Positions 11,301-20,706 of a stretch of DNA of 64,000 nucleotides are shown here, one piece after another. The stretch comes from Amoebophrya sp. A120 (lineage: Eukaryota; Protista; Dinoflagellata). Within the stretch, counting starts at the first letter, position 1. Each line of letters starts with the position of its first letter. The position numbers were made by a program, and so were the translations under genes. Below the pieces are notes generated by a model. That model saw only the letters and a list, made by a program, of their open reading frames with translations. It was not told the origin of the DNA and did no database searches. Location of the stretch: the NCBI GenBank assembly GCA_905178155.1, contig CAJINV010000017.1, positions 1,403,290 to 1,467,289 of the forward strand. Direction: 5' to 3'.

Positions 11301-14300
11301 CACCAGTCTACCGCGGAAGATAAGGAATTGATGCGGACGGAGCCCGACATCGACATCCTGCTGGGCGGGTTCGAAAGAGAACCACTCGAATGGTACGTGG
11401 ATGAAAACGGAAAATCCCTGGGGCAGGAGTGGGACCCGGTGATTCAGAAGTTCATCGCGATTCAGGGCCCGGACCGACTGGCGGTGAAGCCCGGACCGGA
11501 CGCGGTTTCCGTGTTGGATCTGTGGCTGGTCCCGGATAATGATGAGGTACTGCAGCAAGACGCACCGAGACCGCCGATTGGGGACACCGAAGAGGACGAG
11601 ATCACGGAGTTCGACGACGAGCAGCTCACAGAAGTCATGACGCCGGACCAGAAGTTGCTGCAAAAGATGAACCGGTTTCCGACCGTCGAGCAAAGATCTC
11701 CAAGATGGAACCAGCAGCGGACCATGCCGTCGCGGACCGGTCGCCGGCTGGTGATCGGCCGGCATAGGCACGTGAAATTGGTCCCGACTCGGGCGCACAT
11801 GAAAGACTACGACGAGAAGGGCTTTGAGCCCGATGAGGAGTTTTCGACGATGCTGCACAAGTACCAAAAATTCTTGAATTTGGAAAACATGAACTTACTC
11901 CAGTGGACGGATTACGACGATCGGCTGGCGAAGGTCGCGAGTTGCGAGGAAGATTCCTTCGACCGCATGCGGGAAATGGCACTGGCGGAATACATTTCGC
12001 TCGTCCAGAGGATGGACCGCGGGCGCAAGCTGGGTCGGAACACGACCGAGGACGAGATCAAAGCACTCCGTGCCGTGGAAAACGTCATCGCCGCCGGGCG
12101 GCCGACGGTGCACGAGGAATCGGTTTGCTCCGGGACGGACAACAGCCGAAGGCCAAACTGGACTACCAAGGACGCGGAATGGCGGCAATGCACGTTTCAC
12201 AGCCTGGTCGCGGACTTGGTTTTACCCGAGTTGGTCGGTGCGGACGCGAGGGATAGGACTTTACTTTTACTACCTGCGACCCACTACCTCTCCTTCGTTT
12301 CCGGTGGGAAGGATTACGGGTTAGACGACCCCCGGTTCACGCGGTACGAACTGCTAAAAGAGTTCATCCCGCCAATCATCGACGATTTTCCGGAGGGTAC
12401 CCCCGCGAGTGAGAGGAATAGGCCGAAGGATTTGAGCAATCAAAAGCGAGCGGAGTTGAGATTGGTGAGGTTGAAAATCTCCGGTTTGGATTTGCTGAAG
12501 TTACTGTATGAGTCCGAGGCGTTCCTCCGCGGGACGAACAGCTACCTCCAGTACGACCACAGCGCAATTTGCATCAACGATTTCACGGACCTGAACTTAC
12601 CGAAAATTTCCGACAAGGACATGAAGCGCAACAAGTTCCCGGGGTTTCCCGGGAAGAAGAAGAAGATGAAATCAGCTGGTGGCAACGCGAGTTCCTACGC
12701 ACCCTCCACCGCGGGGGATGTGGAGACGCACACCGGGGAATCGACGCTAGCGTGGCGCGAGGAGCAGGATAGGATCGAGGAGGAGGCGAGATTGGCGGCG
12801 TTGGAGAAGGTGGAAGAGGAGCAGATTGAGGAAGCATTCTTATCCGTGATGGAGAACGCACGGGCGGATAGGATGGAGGCATGCGGGGGCGTCCTTGGAT
12901 TCCCGGTGTCTGGTGACAGTTCCGAAATCTCCGGCTACGATCCGGACGAGAGGCTGGAGGGGTGGGCGTCGAGCAGTGAAAAAGCGGCAGCGGAAAATAA
13001 GAAAGACGACGATGACAATTCCGAAAACGGTGATAAATCACCTGGCGGTTCCGACTCCGGCGGAGACATGTCCGGGCTAGACCCGGACGACGACGAGAAC
13101 AAATTGTCGAAGTCCAAGGAGAAGGACAAAATCGATTTGTTGGACGCTGAGTCTTTACTTCCCTCCACCGAATCCGACCACTACGACCCGAATGAGATGA
13201 TCAAAACGAAGGTTCCGGCGGATTTCCAGATCCTCTCCGTCTTCGGGGAGCAGTTTGATCGCTCGCAGTTTTACCAAATCGTCGTGCCGGGGACTTTATT
13301 GCTCCACGAAACGGCGAAGCCGGGGGACCACAGACTGGTCCAGCCATTGATCGTTGGCGGACAGAGGAAGGTCAGGCCGCGGAAGCGGCAGAAAGCGCAG
13401 TTAGAAGAGGAGGAGTCGAGTGAGGATGAGGACGAGAAGCGTCGCCGGTACAATGCCGCGCCGCCGGTTCGCGACCAGGTTTACAATTTGTTGAAGGACC
13501 AAGTTGCGCCGAGACAGCTCGGGAAGGAGAGTGTGAAGCCGATCGTGGAAAATTCCCCGTTGCTGGTCGAGTTGGTTCTGAAGCATTTGCTGCAGGATTT
13601 GTGGGAAGACTTGTCGCCCTTCTGGTCCAAGTCGAAGAAGTTCACTTTGGGCGGTTTGAAGCCGCTACCGAAGGATGGCGATATCGATGAGTCGAAACTC
13701 CCACCGATCGTCCGGGTCCGAAGACGGCTGCACTTGATCCAGCAGATGCAGAGAGGGGAGAAGTTGTACGACATGGAGGACCCGATTGAGGTCCGGAAGG
13801 ATAAGCAGATGTTGGAGAAGCTCGTCAACCTGCTCGACAGCGAGCGAGATGTCGCGCCGGAAGAGCTGGTGGAAATTTTGGAAAAGTACCAAAAAGACAA
13901 CGTGTTGGCGAATTTAGACCCGCGTTTGTTGAAGCGCGCTCTGAACGAGCGGCTGCCCGCGCCCATGTCGAAGTGGGCGACTTTGCGGTTGCAGGACGAG
14001 CCGAGTGGCACGGAGGAATCGTCGTCCGCGACTGGCGGTGAGCGGTCGGGCTCAGGACAGGAAGATGGAGAGAAGGAAAAGAGACCTGCAAGTGGTGATC
14101 AGGGTTCCGTCGCGAAGTCGGTGGGGACGGGAGAAAAAGAAAGTTCCGCCGGCGGGGATAAAGATCAGAAATCAGAATCCAAATCCGACAGTCAGAGTTT
14201 GAAGGACAGCCACTCACAGAAGGATTCGGACAGTAGAAGTTTATCGCAGTCGCAGAGCCAGCGGGGATCGCAGAGCTCCAAGCAGGTCAGCAGCAGCGCC

Positions 14301-14996
14301 ACGCCGGGTGGCACGAAAGGAGACACGACTACTTCGGCCGCGAGACAGGTCGAGGCCAGTGCCGGCCGGAGCAGGCGGTCTGGCGCTAGCAGTAAGTTCA
14401 GCAGAGACGATGAATTGGAGAGGATTGAGGAGGAGAATGTGCTCGCTCGGTCGAGACAAAGCTCAAAAGACGCGGCGGAAACCGTTGTCAGTTCCGCGAC
14501 CGGCACCACCGGAGCTGCTGGTGCAATGAAGGAAGGAACAAAACCTGCGAAAGAGTCCACGACCCCGAAAGACTCCCACTCCGCTTCCGGAAGATCCACA
14601 GGGACTAGTCGAAAAACTGGTCGCACCCGGGGATCCCATAAGTCAGGGAAGGAAATCGACCCGAATGCGTACCGTGGCATCGAGTGGAACGGGGTGCGGA
14701 TCGCAAAGTCTCTTTCGCCGGAAAGGGAACAGAAGAGACGGGATTTGTTCTTTTCTGATGACACTCTGGTGAGTGAACTAGAAAAGGGCATGGAGCAGAT
14801 GGCTAGAAGGATGAAATTCTACAAGAAACAAACGCCGAAGGAATTGCTCTACGAGATGCAAAAGCGAGCGGACACGGGGAAGCTGGGGAGGCATTTGGTC
14901 TTCAACATGCCGTTGCTGTCTGGGTCAGAAACGGAGCTGGAGAAAGCCCGAGAAAAAATCGACCCGGTCATGAGCACCAGCGAATTAGAAATGTAA
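5316..14996 (+). CDS. 3226-aa protein with a split, degenerate 5'-nucleotidase/calcineurin-like metallophosphoesterase fold and a large repeat insertion
   Basis: Single ORF. Motifs in the expected order: MGVHEFHHG (cf. GNHEFD), MLNSNL and RIGFLGLVTPDT (~6800-7040); then, after ~1390 aa, VDAVIALTH and DIDILLGGFER (~11275-11380); then a C-domain-like LVRLKISGLDLLKLL. Confidence 0.65.
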   Translation: MASDLLNFDVEMDALFEEEQFERKGDFCLRIYALSELTSLDTLARLRTCVKTLDEKDMPDKTMVTLSGVSGGALQFLLDKGTSWVDIVSREVKDKGNKKKDQAAVEDDKDTKAGSSTSLVPGGDESENKDKPPKTIREEYDPTEGEAGLLNDTTRGLLRSKKPRKSKSASPDIGDKHNREKRKKDKKEKQIKPEYSENLFINESLSPRARKRDKILYGKDELDYVKPGVCFGIVKKEKKSILKQPLSTTSTREDASGQGGGLEGLKEGFVEGQEQQDDITQTGTTTSTTGDQHQQGNQPRTPPPQVRQLPLSPTGATSATATSAPQQPGQHLQEQQSAEGVTLPPIKQEKPQTQEQIEKTMQKELAKEMAKKQLLSSKSIVVKDTSEKAMPKAPTFGARDKAAAMGRPITPIGGNSTKDQKSVEFKDLDEEGRPISAGNFTGQEQADSKPKYDTETLTDVDTSYLHKDWNMQEAEKETKKLDKLKPQPKFGYTHLMCMGVHEFHHGLRNLETCIESYLRNTTHNANAVMLNSNLRCREGGVFDSPVNILPKYHVETVGPAGFRIGFLGLVTPDTRFCALSTEVSKRSAVTMTATSTSPAVRLLTSGRGSFLNSRGADGDQTEDESKATNELLSSTVLDQSPEEVTTSHGGSLYQKRRGGMMLQRSSSTLLQDIGEVGSVENNPNLRLQQPETGDLADIGRGPPSTSGKQITFSPNSPKSRRMMSQDQRQGSLGLEEEDGVFWLPNDKNRGRGQAPPASMSASPGAQQETTYSTTQSRPSADVDKAVDHGGSSADSYVNPQEAPTGGNRPMTPDDNASSSSRGRDIAVRRGAAGLAPSVSSDHNSAEGSQELQLSGSGQQQLNSGHQGAPARATEGQHQPSAAAAKTSKRGAFMSSMRSGSSLSLDEPLDLPVDAGSADGADRISQDIDDGGLVEKPADVVPAQVGAKQKRLQMRARSGSSILDEPFDQEIGGAVQESHEQDKKPTGASSKRLQMRARSGSSILDEPFDQEIGAGGPVELQQEQSKKPTGAASKRLQMRARSGSSILDDPFDQEIGAQQDHQDIATAEPSAPSGNKTLKPALSGQSKRLQMRARSGSSILDEPFDQEVGAAKGDQEEQLFPARPRIFKSIEEASDEADQDSRSAVDSGSAARSGKLKQIEWASDVRFGSDDEDARMQQKAGTAIIGTSAASRGQGNKRKIFTAARSGSSLLDVPYDLEIGVAPEFILMQQQDTGAAGSGSATVPSTQQNAKRRMFGTGATRSGSSLALDEPYDVEIGGPVLGPPNQPQQAAAKRRAMMRARSGSSVLDEPYDVEIGAAGVGAAAALTKAALAKKATFDSIQEEDQEDRPGSAPGAAGGGMVSSGQQATTGAGAPGGTKSRRSAFLTNKATRSGSSLQLDEPFDVEIDEGQPALDKDADAGEQPTLGGGARRRALFDKRRSGSSVLDEPYDEEVAAELQTGADQQKPSSFAKRGRMLSGGRSGTLSNLAEIDEGDEEQRSTESSGQQSGKKRFGPSRSIEWAPDVVFDKDNADEQNGDNTEPGEQQQLSGPPGGKRRSFAGATRSSSSLMLDDPYDVEIDQGQLDAADELTTTTAPRQARPKQGMKSLRTRSGSSLMLDEPYDIEVLGGDQPHSTSKPSVGETKRSSFGRRAQTGSSTALQKIEEGKDEDQEFLDAFADETEEVIGAAGVSGTKRGAFRVSKSIEWAADVQFGQQEEDRAGQEELDGTTVLNPAAARKRRFMAARSGSSLLDEPFDVEVLEHQGPLSAAAAGGMKQEQQMKRKKFMSARSGSSLLDPAFDEEVPLEIGELDTLAPVMDPKKASGTQQQQMRSKAFRQGRSGSSLALDEPFEVLDETKELQGVDFFPLYPVREDTAEQQTTPGQHQDRRLAPILKKKQSGSTQDQESASDSMSQSSKIQGGTTSAEQQSKLFGAQNNKSSSSTTGGGPHAKISADQIGTADDQDQPLLEFQETRCAANEVVGQALKRTSAVDAVIALTHQSTAEDKELMRTEPDIDILLGGFEREPLEWYVDENGKSLGQEWDPVIQKFIAIQGPDRLAVKPGPDAVSVLDLWLVPDNDEVLQQDAPRPPIGDTEEDEITEFDDEQLTEVMTPDQKLLQKMNRFPTVEQRSPRWNQQRTMPSRTGRRLVIGRHRHVKLVPTRAHMKDYDEKGFEPDEEFSTMLHKYQKFLNLENMNLLQWTDYDDRLAKVASCEEDSFDRMREMALAEYISLVQRMDRGRKLGRNTTEDEIKALRAVENVIAAGRPTVHEESVCSGTDNSRRPNWTTKDAEWRQCTFHSLVADLVLPELVGADARDRTLLLLPATHYLSFVSGGKDYGLDDPRFTRYELLKEFIPPIIDDFPEGTPASERNRPKDLSNQKRAELRLVRLKISGLDLLKLLYESEAFLRGTNSYLQYDHSAICINDFTDLNLPKISDKDMKRNKFPGFPGKKKKMKSAGGNASSYAPSTAGDVETHTGESTLAWREEQDRIEEEARLAALEKVEEEQIEEAFLSVMENARADRMEACGGVLGFPVSGDSSEISGYDPDERLEGWASSSEKAAAENKKDDDDNSENGDKSPGGSDSGGDMSGLDPDDDENKLSKSKEKDKIDLLDAESLLPSTESDHYDPNEMIKTKVPADFQILSVFGEQFDRSQFYQIVVPGTLLLHETAKPGDHRLVQPLIVGGQRKVRPRKRQKAQLEEEESSEDEDEKRRRYNAAPPVRDQVYNLLKDQVAPRQLGKESVKPIVENSPLLVELVLKHLLQDLWEDLSPFWSKSKKFTLGGLKPLPKDGDIDESKLPPIVRVRRRLHLIQQMQRGEKLYDMEDPIEVRKDKQMLEKLVNLLDSERDVAPEELVEILEKYQKDNVLANLDPRLLKRALNERLPAPMSKWATLRLQDEPSGTEESSSATGGERSGSGQEDGEKEKRPASGDQGSVAKSVGTGEKESSAGGDKDQKSESKSDSQSLKDSHSQKDSDSRSLSQSQSQRGSQSSKQVSSSATPGGTKGDTTTSAARQVEASAGRSRRSGASSKFSRDDELERIEEENVLARSRQSSKDAAETVVSSATGTTGAAGAMKEGTKPAKESTTPKDSHSASGRSTGTSRKTGRTRGSHKSGKEIDPNAYRGIEWNGVRIAKSLSPEREQKRRDLFFSDDTLVSELEKGMEQMARRMKFYKKQTPKELLYEMQKRADTGKLGRHLVFNMPLLSGSETELEKAREKIDPVMSTSELEM
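8001..10870 (+). repeat. 15 dispersed copies of a coding repeat RSGSS(x1-2)LDEP[FY]DxE[IV], plus 3 copies of IEWAxDVxF
   Basis: Counted in the translation of the 5316..14996 ORF. Codon usage differs between copies, so conservation is at protein level. Confidence 0.9.
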
Positions 14997-15947
14997 ACAT
15001 AGACATACGTTAGTACGAGTTTTGGTTTCAAACCTATTTTTCTCGGTGAGATCATTTCTCAGCTCACAGTGGGCTTAGCCTCGTGAGCGAAAGCTTTGCA
15101 GTACCTAAATTTTTGCACGCTTATTCCACGTGAACATTCATATTCTTATTCATGCATACCTTGACATTAATGCAAACATACCTTTACCATACCAGTCATG
15201 GAAAAAACCATTTACCATCACCACGCATATCATTAAAACAAATCGATATCGATCATCTACCCCTTAACGGTACTCCATTCCGCGCATGACTGCTTTTATT
15301 CCAAAGAAAGGTTATACCCAAGGAGCTTGTTTAATATCATCGGCGCGTCCAAGTCCAACTCCGACTCCCAGCGCGGAAGACGGAGCGTTCTCATGTCTTG
15401 TGGCGCCGGGGCCGGGTGTTTGCTCTACCTTCGTTTGAGTTCATTCTGTCCATCACCATCTGCTGCGTCAATCTTTAATTGCTACCATCGGTGACGTTCT
15501 CGAATGCAATGCGGCTTGATTGTTTCCCTCTATGACAATGCTCGTGGTCTTTGTTTGTCCGTCATTCTCAATAATTTCTTGGAAGTGTCTGTACTTACCT
15601 AAACTGGTTTTCGTCTACTTTTGCTTCGGTGCTGTTTGTCGGTTCCGCGAGCATTCCTCTCGAAATTATTCATTGCTGGCGATTGTTTTTTTTTCCCATG
15701 TATCACTGCACAGTTAAAGAGGGTCGGTGTAGTCGTTGTCTCGGTTCTGATTTTTTTCCTACATTTCGTATTTGCCCAGTTCGGTTTTCAATTGTGTGTA
15801 TATGTCGCCTGCAACGTAGACGGAGTTGTGGTTCTGGTTGTTCAACAACACTTTTAAATTTGATTTCGAGTGTCTGGTCTCTCTGTTGGCGTCGCCCAGT
15901 GACAGTGTCGTAAGCACTCATATGTAGTGAGGTCACCGAACGGTTCT

Positions 15948-16663
15948 AACCAGGGAGTTTTTTTGCCATCTACCCTCAAAAACGGCCGGCAGTTTTCAAG
16001 CGGTCGGAAGTGTTTTTGAGCATAAAAGGTTTTCACTTATCAAGCGGCCGGGGCGTTTGCGGCAAAATAGCCCGGGCGGATTCTATCGATTCGCACTGGA
16101 TAAAACGACGCAGGGGAGCCGGCAAAAGGGGCGCCCTTCTGAGGCGCCCGCCGCCTTGGTTTCTGGCGATTTGGGGCGCCCAAAAAGGGGCGCGCAAAAA
16201 ACGCGCCCAAAATCAGAACAGCGAAACAGCATGGCACGGCCGCGATTTCGGAGCATTTTGGGCGGCCGCGAAAGCGGCCGCCTTTTCGCCGGTTTCAGAG
16301 CCTGGGAAGCTTTGCAAAAAGCGCCGGCGTGAAAAATAAAAACGCGAAAAAGAAAAAGCGCCCCAGACGCGCAAAGCCAATCCGCATGCTATGGGCCCGA
16401 TTTTTCTTCGCTTTTTGGGCGCCCCCCGTGGCACCCGGATCGGCCCCATAGCATGGGGGCTGGCTTTCGGGAAGGAATTTCGGGAATTTGCCAAAATTTG
16501 CGATGTTTCCCAAGTGGCCGCCATACCGTGCGGCATAACGTTACTCGCGGTGGTATGGTGAGCCCATAAAAAGCAAAGCCGCGGCCAAGGCTGCGGTCGG
16601 CAAAAAAACGCCCACGACCTCACTACCCCCGCCCCGGCGGCTATATTTGGTAATTTCCTGGTT
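15948..16663. repeat. Compositionally distinct, palindrome-rich block; possible MITE-like insertion or poorly polished sequence
   Basis: The ends AACCAGGGAGTT and AATTTCCTGGTT form a 10/12 inverted match. Internal hairpin GGCGGCCGC-GAAA-GCGGCCGCC (~16261-16282) and a 15/16 inverted repeat (16385-16455). No convincing TSD. Confidence 0.3.
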
Positions 16664-16724
16664 GTGCAGCTATCGAAACTCGAAAGCGTACAAGGACGAT
16701 CTCCATAGAAATTACACAGTAAAA

Positions 16725-19390
16725 ATGTCTTTCCACCTTTCCCAGATCGATTTCGGAATCGATCCGGCCCGAATCAAGCAAAACTACCGTCAGCAACTCG
16801 ACAACGCGAAAAATCTCTCGACATCTGGGAGTAGCAAGCACGCCAGCGCTTCGAAGAACCCCACGCTTTTGGAGCACAGTGCGATCGAAGAGGAGCGCGA
16901 AAGGATAGCGAATTTGGACCTGGAGAAAGTGGACCAATGGCGCCAGGGGACCCCGAATCTGCCGCATTTCGCCGTCCCGGACTTCGACGCACTGCACAAG
17001 ACCGGGCAAGGCTTGTTTTTTTCAATAAGCGTGATGTTTTTGATGTCTTTACTAACTTCACAATTTTGTTTTTGATCATGTAGAGCAGCTCGATGTGCAT
17101 GACAGACTCCATCTGTGTTGTCAAATCTATTACGCATCACAACTTCCAACCAACAGGCACAGTCGAAAAGTGCGATGGCGCATGATAAACGGGGTGCGGG
17201 TCGAAAACACCGATGAGCCGGCGAGTTCCTCCAGTATGAGCTTCGGCAGTTACGGGCAGTCTGTGAACAAGCCAGGTTGTGCCAGTCCTCTAACCGCGAG
17301 GTCTGCGGCCAAGAAGGCGACCATCACGAAGGAGTTTGACGAGGGCGAAGGGGGACGAACGCCAAGAATCCCAGAGCCGAAACTGATGTCCTTTGAGAAG
17401 TTGACAAGAAGAGCGAAGTTCGACCAAAAGACGAGATACGAGGGTATTTTTATCATGATGGGAACATTTGATGTTGCAGGAGCTGCTTGTAGTTGGCGGC
17501 AAGATTCACCAGCTGCCTATGGGCGCCGCTATGGTGGAAATTATACCGCAACCTCAACCTCTCCAGGTAAAGTGTGCCGGTTTCGCGCTTTGATGAATGA
17601 TTGCTACACGACGATGTACGAGCGGCGTCTGTTTTATGGATCTGTCAGGCTTGAAATCGTCAAAGTTTAGATAATTTGTAATGCATAAAATGCATGACCC
17701 GAGGCACGTGTGTTGCAGAGCAGGCAAGTGAGGCCGATTGTAAGCCTGTTTGGGGTTACAGCTCGAGCTGCTAAAGTAGCAGGAGAAAATCGCTCGTCTT
17801 TGCCTAAACAGCATGACAGAGTGGATTTAGGGACCACCGAAATTTGTCTTGCACCACTTGGAAACTGGGTTCCAACTGGCATCCATTTTATGCATGACAA
17901 ATTATTTCAACTTTGTCGATTTCAACTCTGACACATCCATATGTTTCTGATCAACTACTACCTGGAAAACGACTATGGGAGTGTCAGGATCGAAATCGAC
18001 AAAATCGAAAAATTTGTGATGCATAAAATGTAGGGCACGCGACGCCTGTATTGGGGGGCAGGCAAATGAGACCGATGGCAAGCCTGCATAGGGGTATACA
18101 ATGCGTTGCCAGAGTAGCATGACAGGAGCAGTCTGCTTTGCCCAAACAGCATGACAGACTGGATTTTGGTGGTCCCGAAATTTGTCATGCGCCACTTGGA
18201 AACTGAGGCCCCAACTGGCATCGATTTTGTGCATCACAAATTTTTCGATTTTGTCGATTTCGATTCTGACACTTCCATAACGACACACTATCCGTCCACG
18301 AAGTCGCTTCTGCTGAGAAAAAAGCGGGCTACTCCGGCCGGGAGCCGCAGGTGTGGTTCCGGAGGGGGAGGATGAAAAAATTTGCGGCGCGGGATCGCGT
18401 GGAGCCGGGTCTGTTGCAGCCGTTGCAGGATGAGGATTGCGTGGAGCTGAGGGATTTTTCGGTAAAAAATATGGAGTTTGTTTGTTGTTCAATGTAAAGA
18501 TCCATGTATGGTATGCCAATCGATTCATGTTTTTTGCGTTTATCTTGTCTTGTATGTGCACGTGAAGCACTTCTTGCTTGACAAATGGTTCTTGTCAATC
18601 CTTTCAGGTAAACGCCCCGATCATTCTGAACTCGCAAGAATTCTTCATCTACGATGCCTGTGCCTTCACCCGGGAGTTCTTCAAAACGCACTTGAACACG
18701 GAGTTAGCGGTGTTGGAGACAGAACACCTGGAGAAGGTCGTGCAACTTGACTCGCCAAAAGCAGGACGAGCCGAAGTTGCGGAGACTGAAAAGCCAGAGT
18801 CAGCAACTTCTAATAGTAATTGCAAAAAAGCTGCAAAAGAGCAGGAGGAGAAACCGAAGCCTGAGCCAGCGAACCGCTCTCCGGATGAGTTGGCAAAGTT
18901 GCTGCACCGATTAATAGGAAAATTGAGGAAGGCACAGAAAACGCTGCGGGAGGTACTACTTCTACTCGCTTGAAAAATTTTTGTGCAAGGCATACACAAT
19001 GCGTCGATTCTGCGTTGCAATTGGAAACGATAGGAAGTCTTCCAGGTCGATGATCCGGGTGAGTAGAAGTTTGTCTTTGTGGTGCAAAAGAGTGTCAGCA
19101 CTCTGTCTAAATTACAAAATTATCAGACCTTCCGCTACTTTGACGCGGAGAAGGACCACGTGCTTTGTCTCAACGACTTCAAAAAGCTCCTCACCCACTA
19201 CGGCTACGATTTGTCGAAAGAGGACACCGGTTTTCTCTTCCGGTACTTCTGTTCGGAAAAGAATGAAAACGCGGCTTCCTTTTCGGACTTCGTCGCGGCT
19301 GTGAGCGGGGATAAGGACGTTGGGGGAACTGGCGGCGCAGGGGACAAGAAGTGGTATGGGGAGGAGACAGAGCAGCCGACGATTATTTGA
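16725..19390 (+). CDS. DM10-domain + EF-hand protein (EFHC1/RIB72/calcyphosin-2-like, probably flagellar), 7 exons
   Basis: Exons 16725-17005, 17157-17443, 17567-17634, 17947-17973, 18285-18461, 18608-18952, 19127-19390. The spliced product gives a continuous DM10 motif (KVCRFRA..ERRLFLINYYLENDTLSVHE..DFSVNAPIILNSQEFFIYDACAFTREF) and an EF-hand (FRYFDAEKDHVLCLNDF). Intron 1 is GC-AG; introns 3 and 4 are non-canonical. Confidence 0.85.
17635..17941 (+). mobile_element. Introner-like element 1 (non-canonical intron with terminal inverted repeats)
   Basis: 58-bp TIR (TATGGATCTGTCAG... / ...CTGACACATCCATA, 7 mismatches), flanked by the direct repeat TGTTT (17630-17634 and 17942-17946). Removing the element plus one DR restores ERRLFLIN. 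Confidence 0.92.
17974..18279 (+). mobile_element. Introner-like element 2 (same family as element 1)
   Basis: 56-bp TIR (TATGGGAGTGTCAG... / ...CTGACACTTCCATA, 3 mismatches), direct repeat ACGAC (17969-17973 and 18280-18284). The interior is colinear with element 1. Removal restores LENDTLSVHE. Confidence 0.92.
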
Positions 19391-20706
19391 TAGTACATCG
19401 GCAGGAACGACAGAAAATAGAAATTGAGATTTGTTTTGGAAGATGAAAAAGTAAAAGCCGTTCATCGATATGGATTCTGTAATTGTATGATGTCCCGCTA
19501 CAACAACTACCGAAAGTTTCAAGCCTACTTTTGGCGATCAACTCTGCAAATATAAAGTCGATTATAAAAAAAGCAAATTTATTAAGATAGCACAGGAGCC
19601 GCTGTAAAATTATCGAGAACGATCCGAACTAGGACTGACCACATGCGATAGATTTCAAAAGCTGGAACCATGACGAATGAGCAGAAGTGAAACTACGCGT
19701 TGCTGATGACGAAGACCTTTGTGTAAAACGAAAGCCTCTTCATGAGCAAATTTGAATGATTATTTTGAGTACCCGACGACCCTACAGATAAATCACCCGC
19801 AGCTGTGATGCAATTTATGCGCCAAGCGGGCTTGCGCCAACCTCCCTTGCTGCCCTAAAAAGTAACTGATACCCTTGTCTCTCTCTACTTCTCTGTGCGA
19901 TGCTGCAGTAGCAGAGGTGGACCAACGTAGATTCATTCTCGTCAAAAATGGTAGGGGAGAAGGTCATGACAAGACGAGATCTTCAGCGGATCATGATCAT
20001 GCGAATTTCCTGCGTGCCGCGATGAAGAGGACTTCAGTGACGATGGATCAGATCTACTACTTTGCCCTTGTGCGCAAGCGCGTTGAAGATCTTCAATGAG
20101 GATCGCTGCTAGAAACCAGCATTAGCACGTGAAAAGGCACAATACCTTTCTCTTTGTTCCAGGGTGATGTGAATATTCATGGGTGCCTTTGGTAGTCACT
20201 TAGGGTACCCTCTGTACAACAGCTCGACCAAGGACGCGTTGACTTTCGTCGACCTTAGGCATTTAGTCTTAAGCAAGCTGCTACGGCAAAAAAGAAAAAC
20301 ACTATTTACGACCTAGTGTATAAAAAAGCGAACTACTTTTACCTATTTCACACTCCTCGATACCGATTTCTTTGCGCCTATAGAATAATTGTCGACCACT
20401 TTTAATAAGCGCTGTCTGCTTAGAACGAGCTTACCTGAGCATTTTCACACTTACAGTTACAACCAGTTTCACCGAAATAAACGAGGAAGTAGAAAAAATT
20501 ATCCCAAAAATTCGCTTCTTTTACTCGTAGAAAGTACTATCGATTTGCAGCTAACCCCTACACCACTCTTACAATACTACACACTTTCGAATTTCAATTT
20601 CCGTTTATCACTTTTTTTGAAACAATAAAAAGATACCACACTACTTTTTTGTGGCATCCCTGTACTGAAAACCATCACAAATTCGCAATTTGGCACGGCC
20701 ACCGCC

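Noticed and set aside
17902-18570. Minus-strand 222-aa ORF and other ORFs over the introners
   Set aside because: By-products of the inverted repeats; no transposase motifs.
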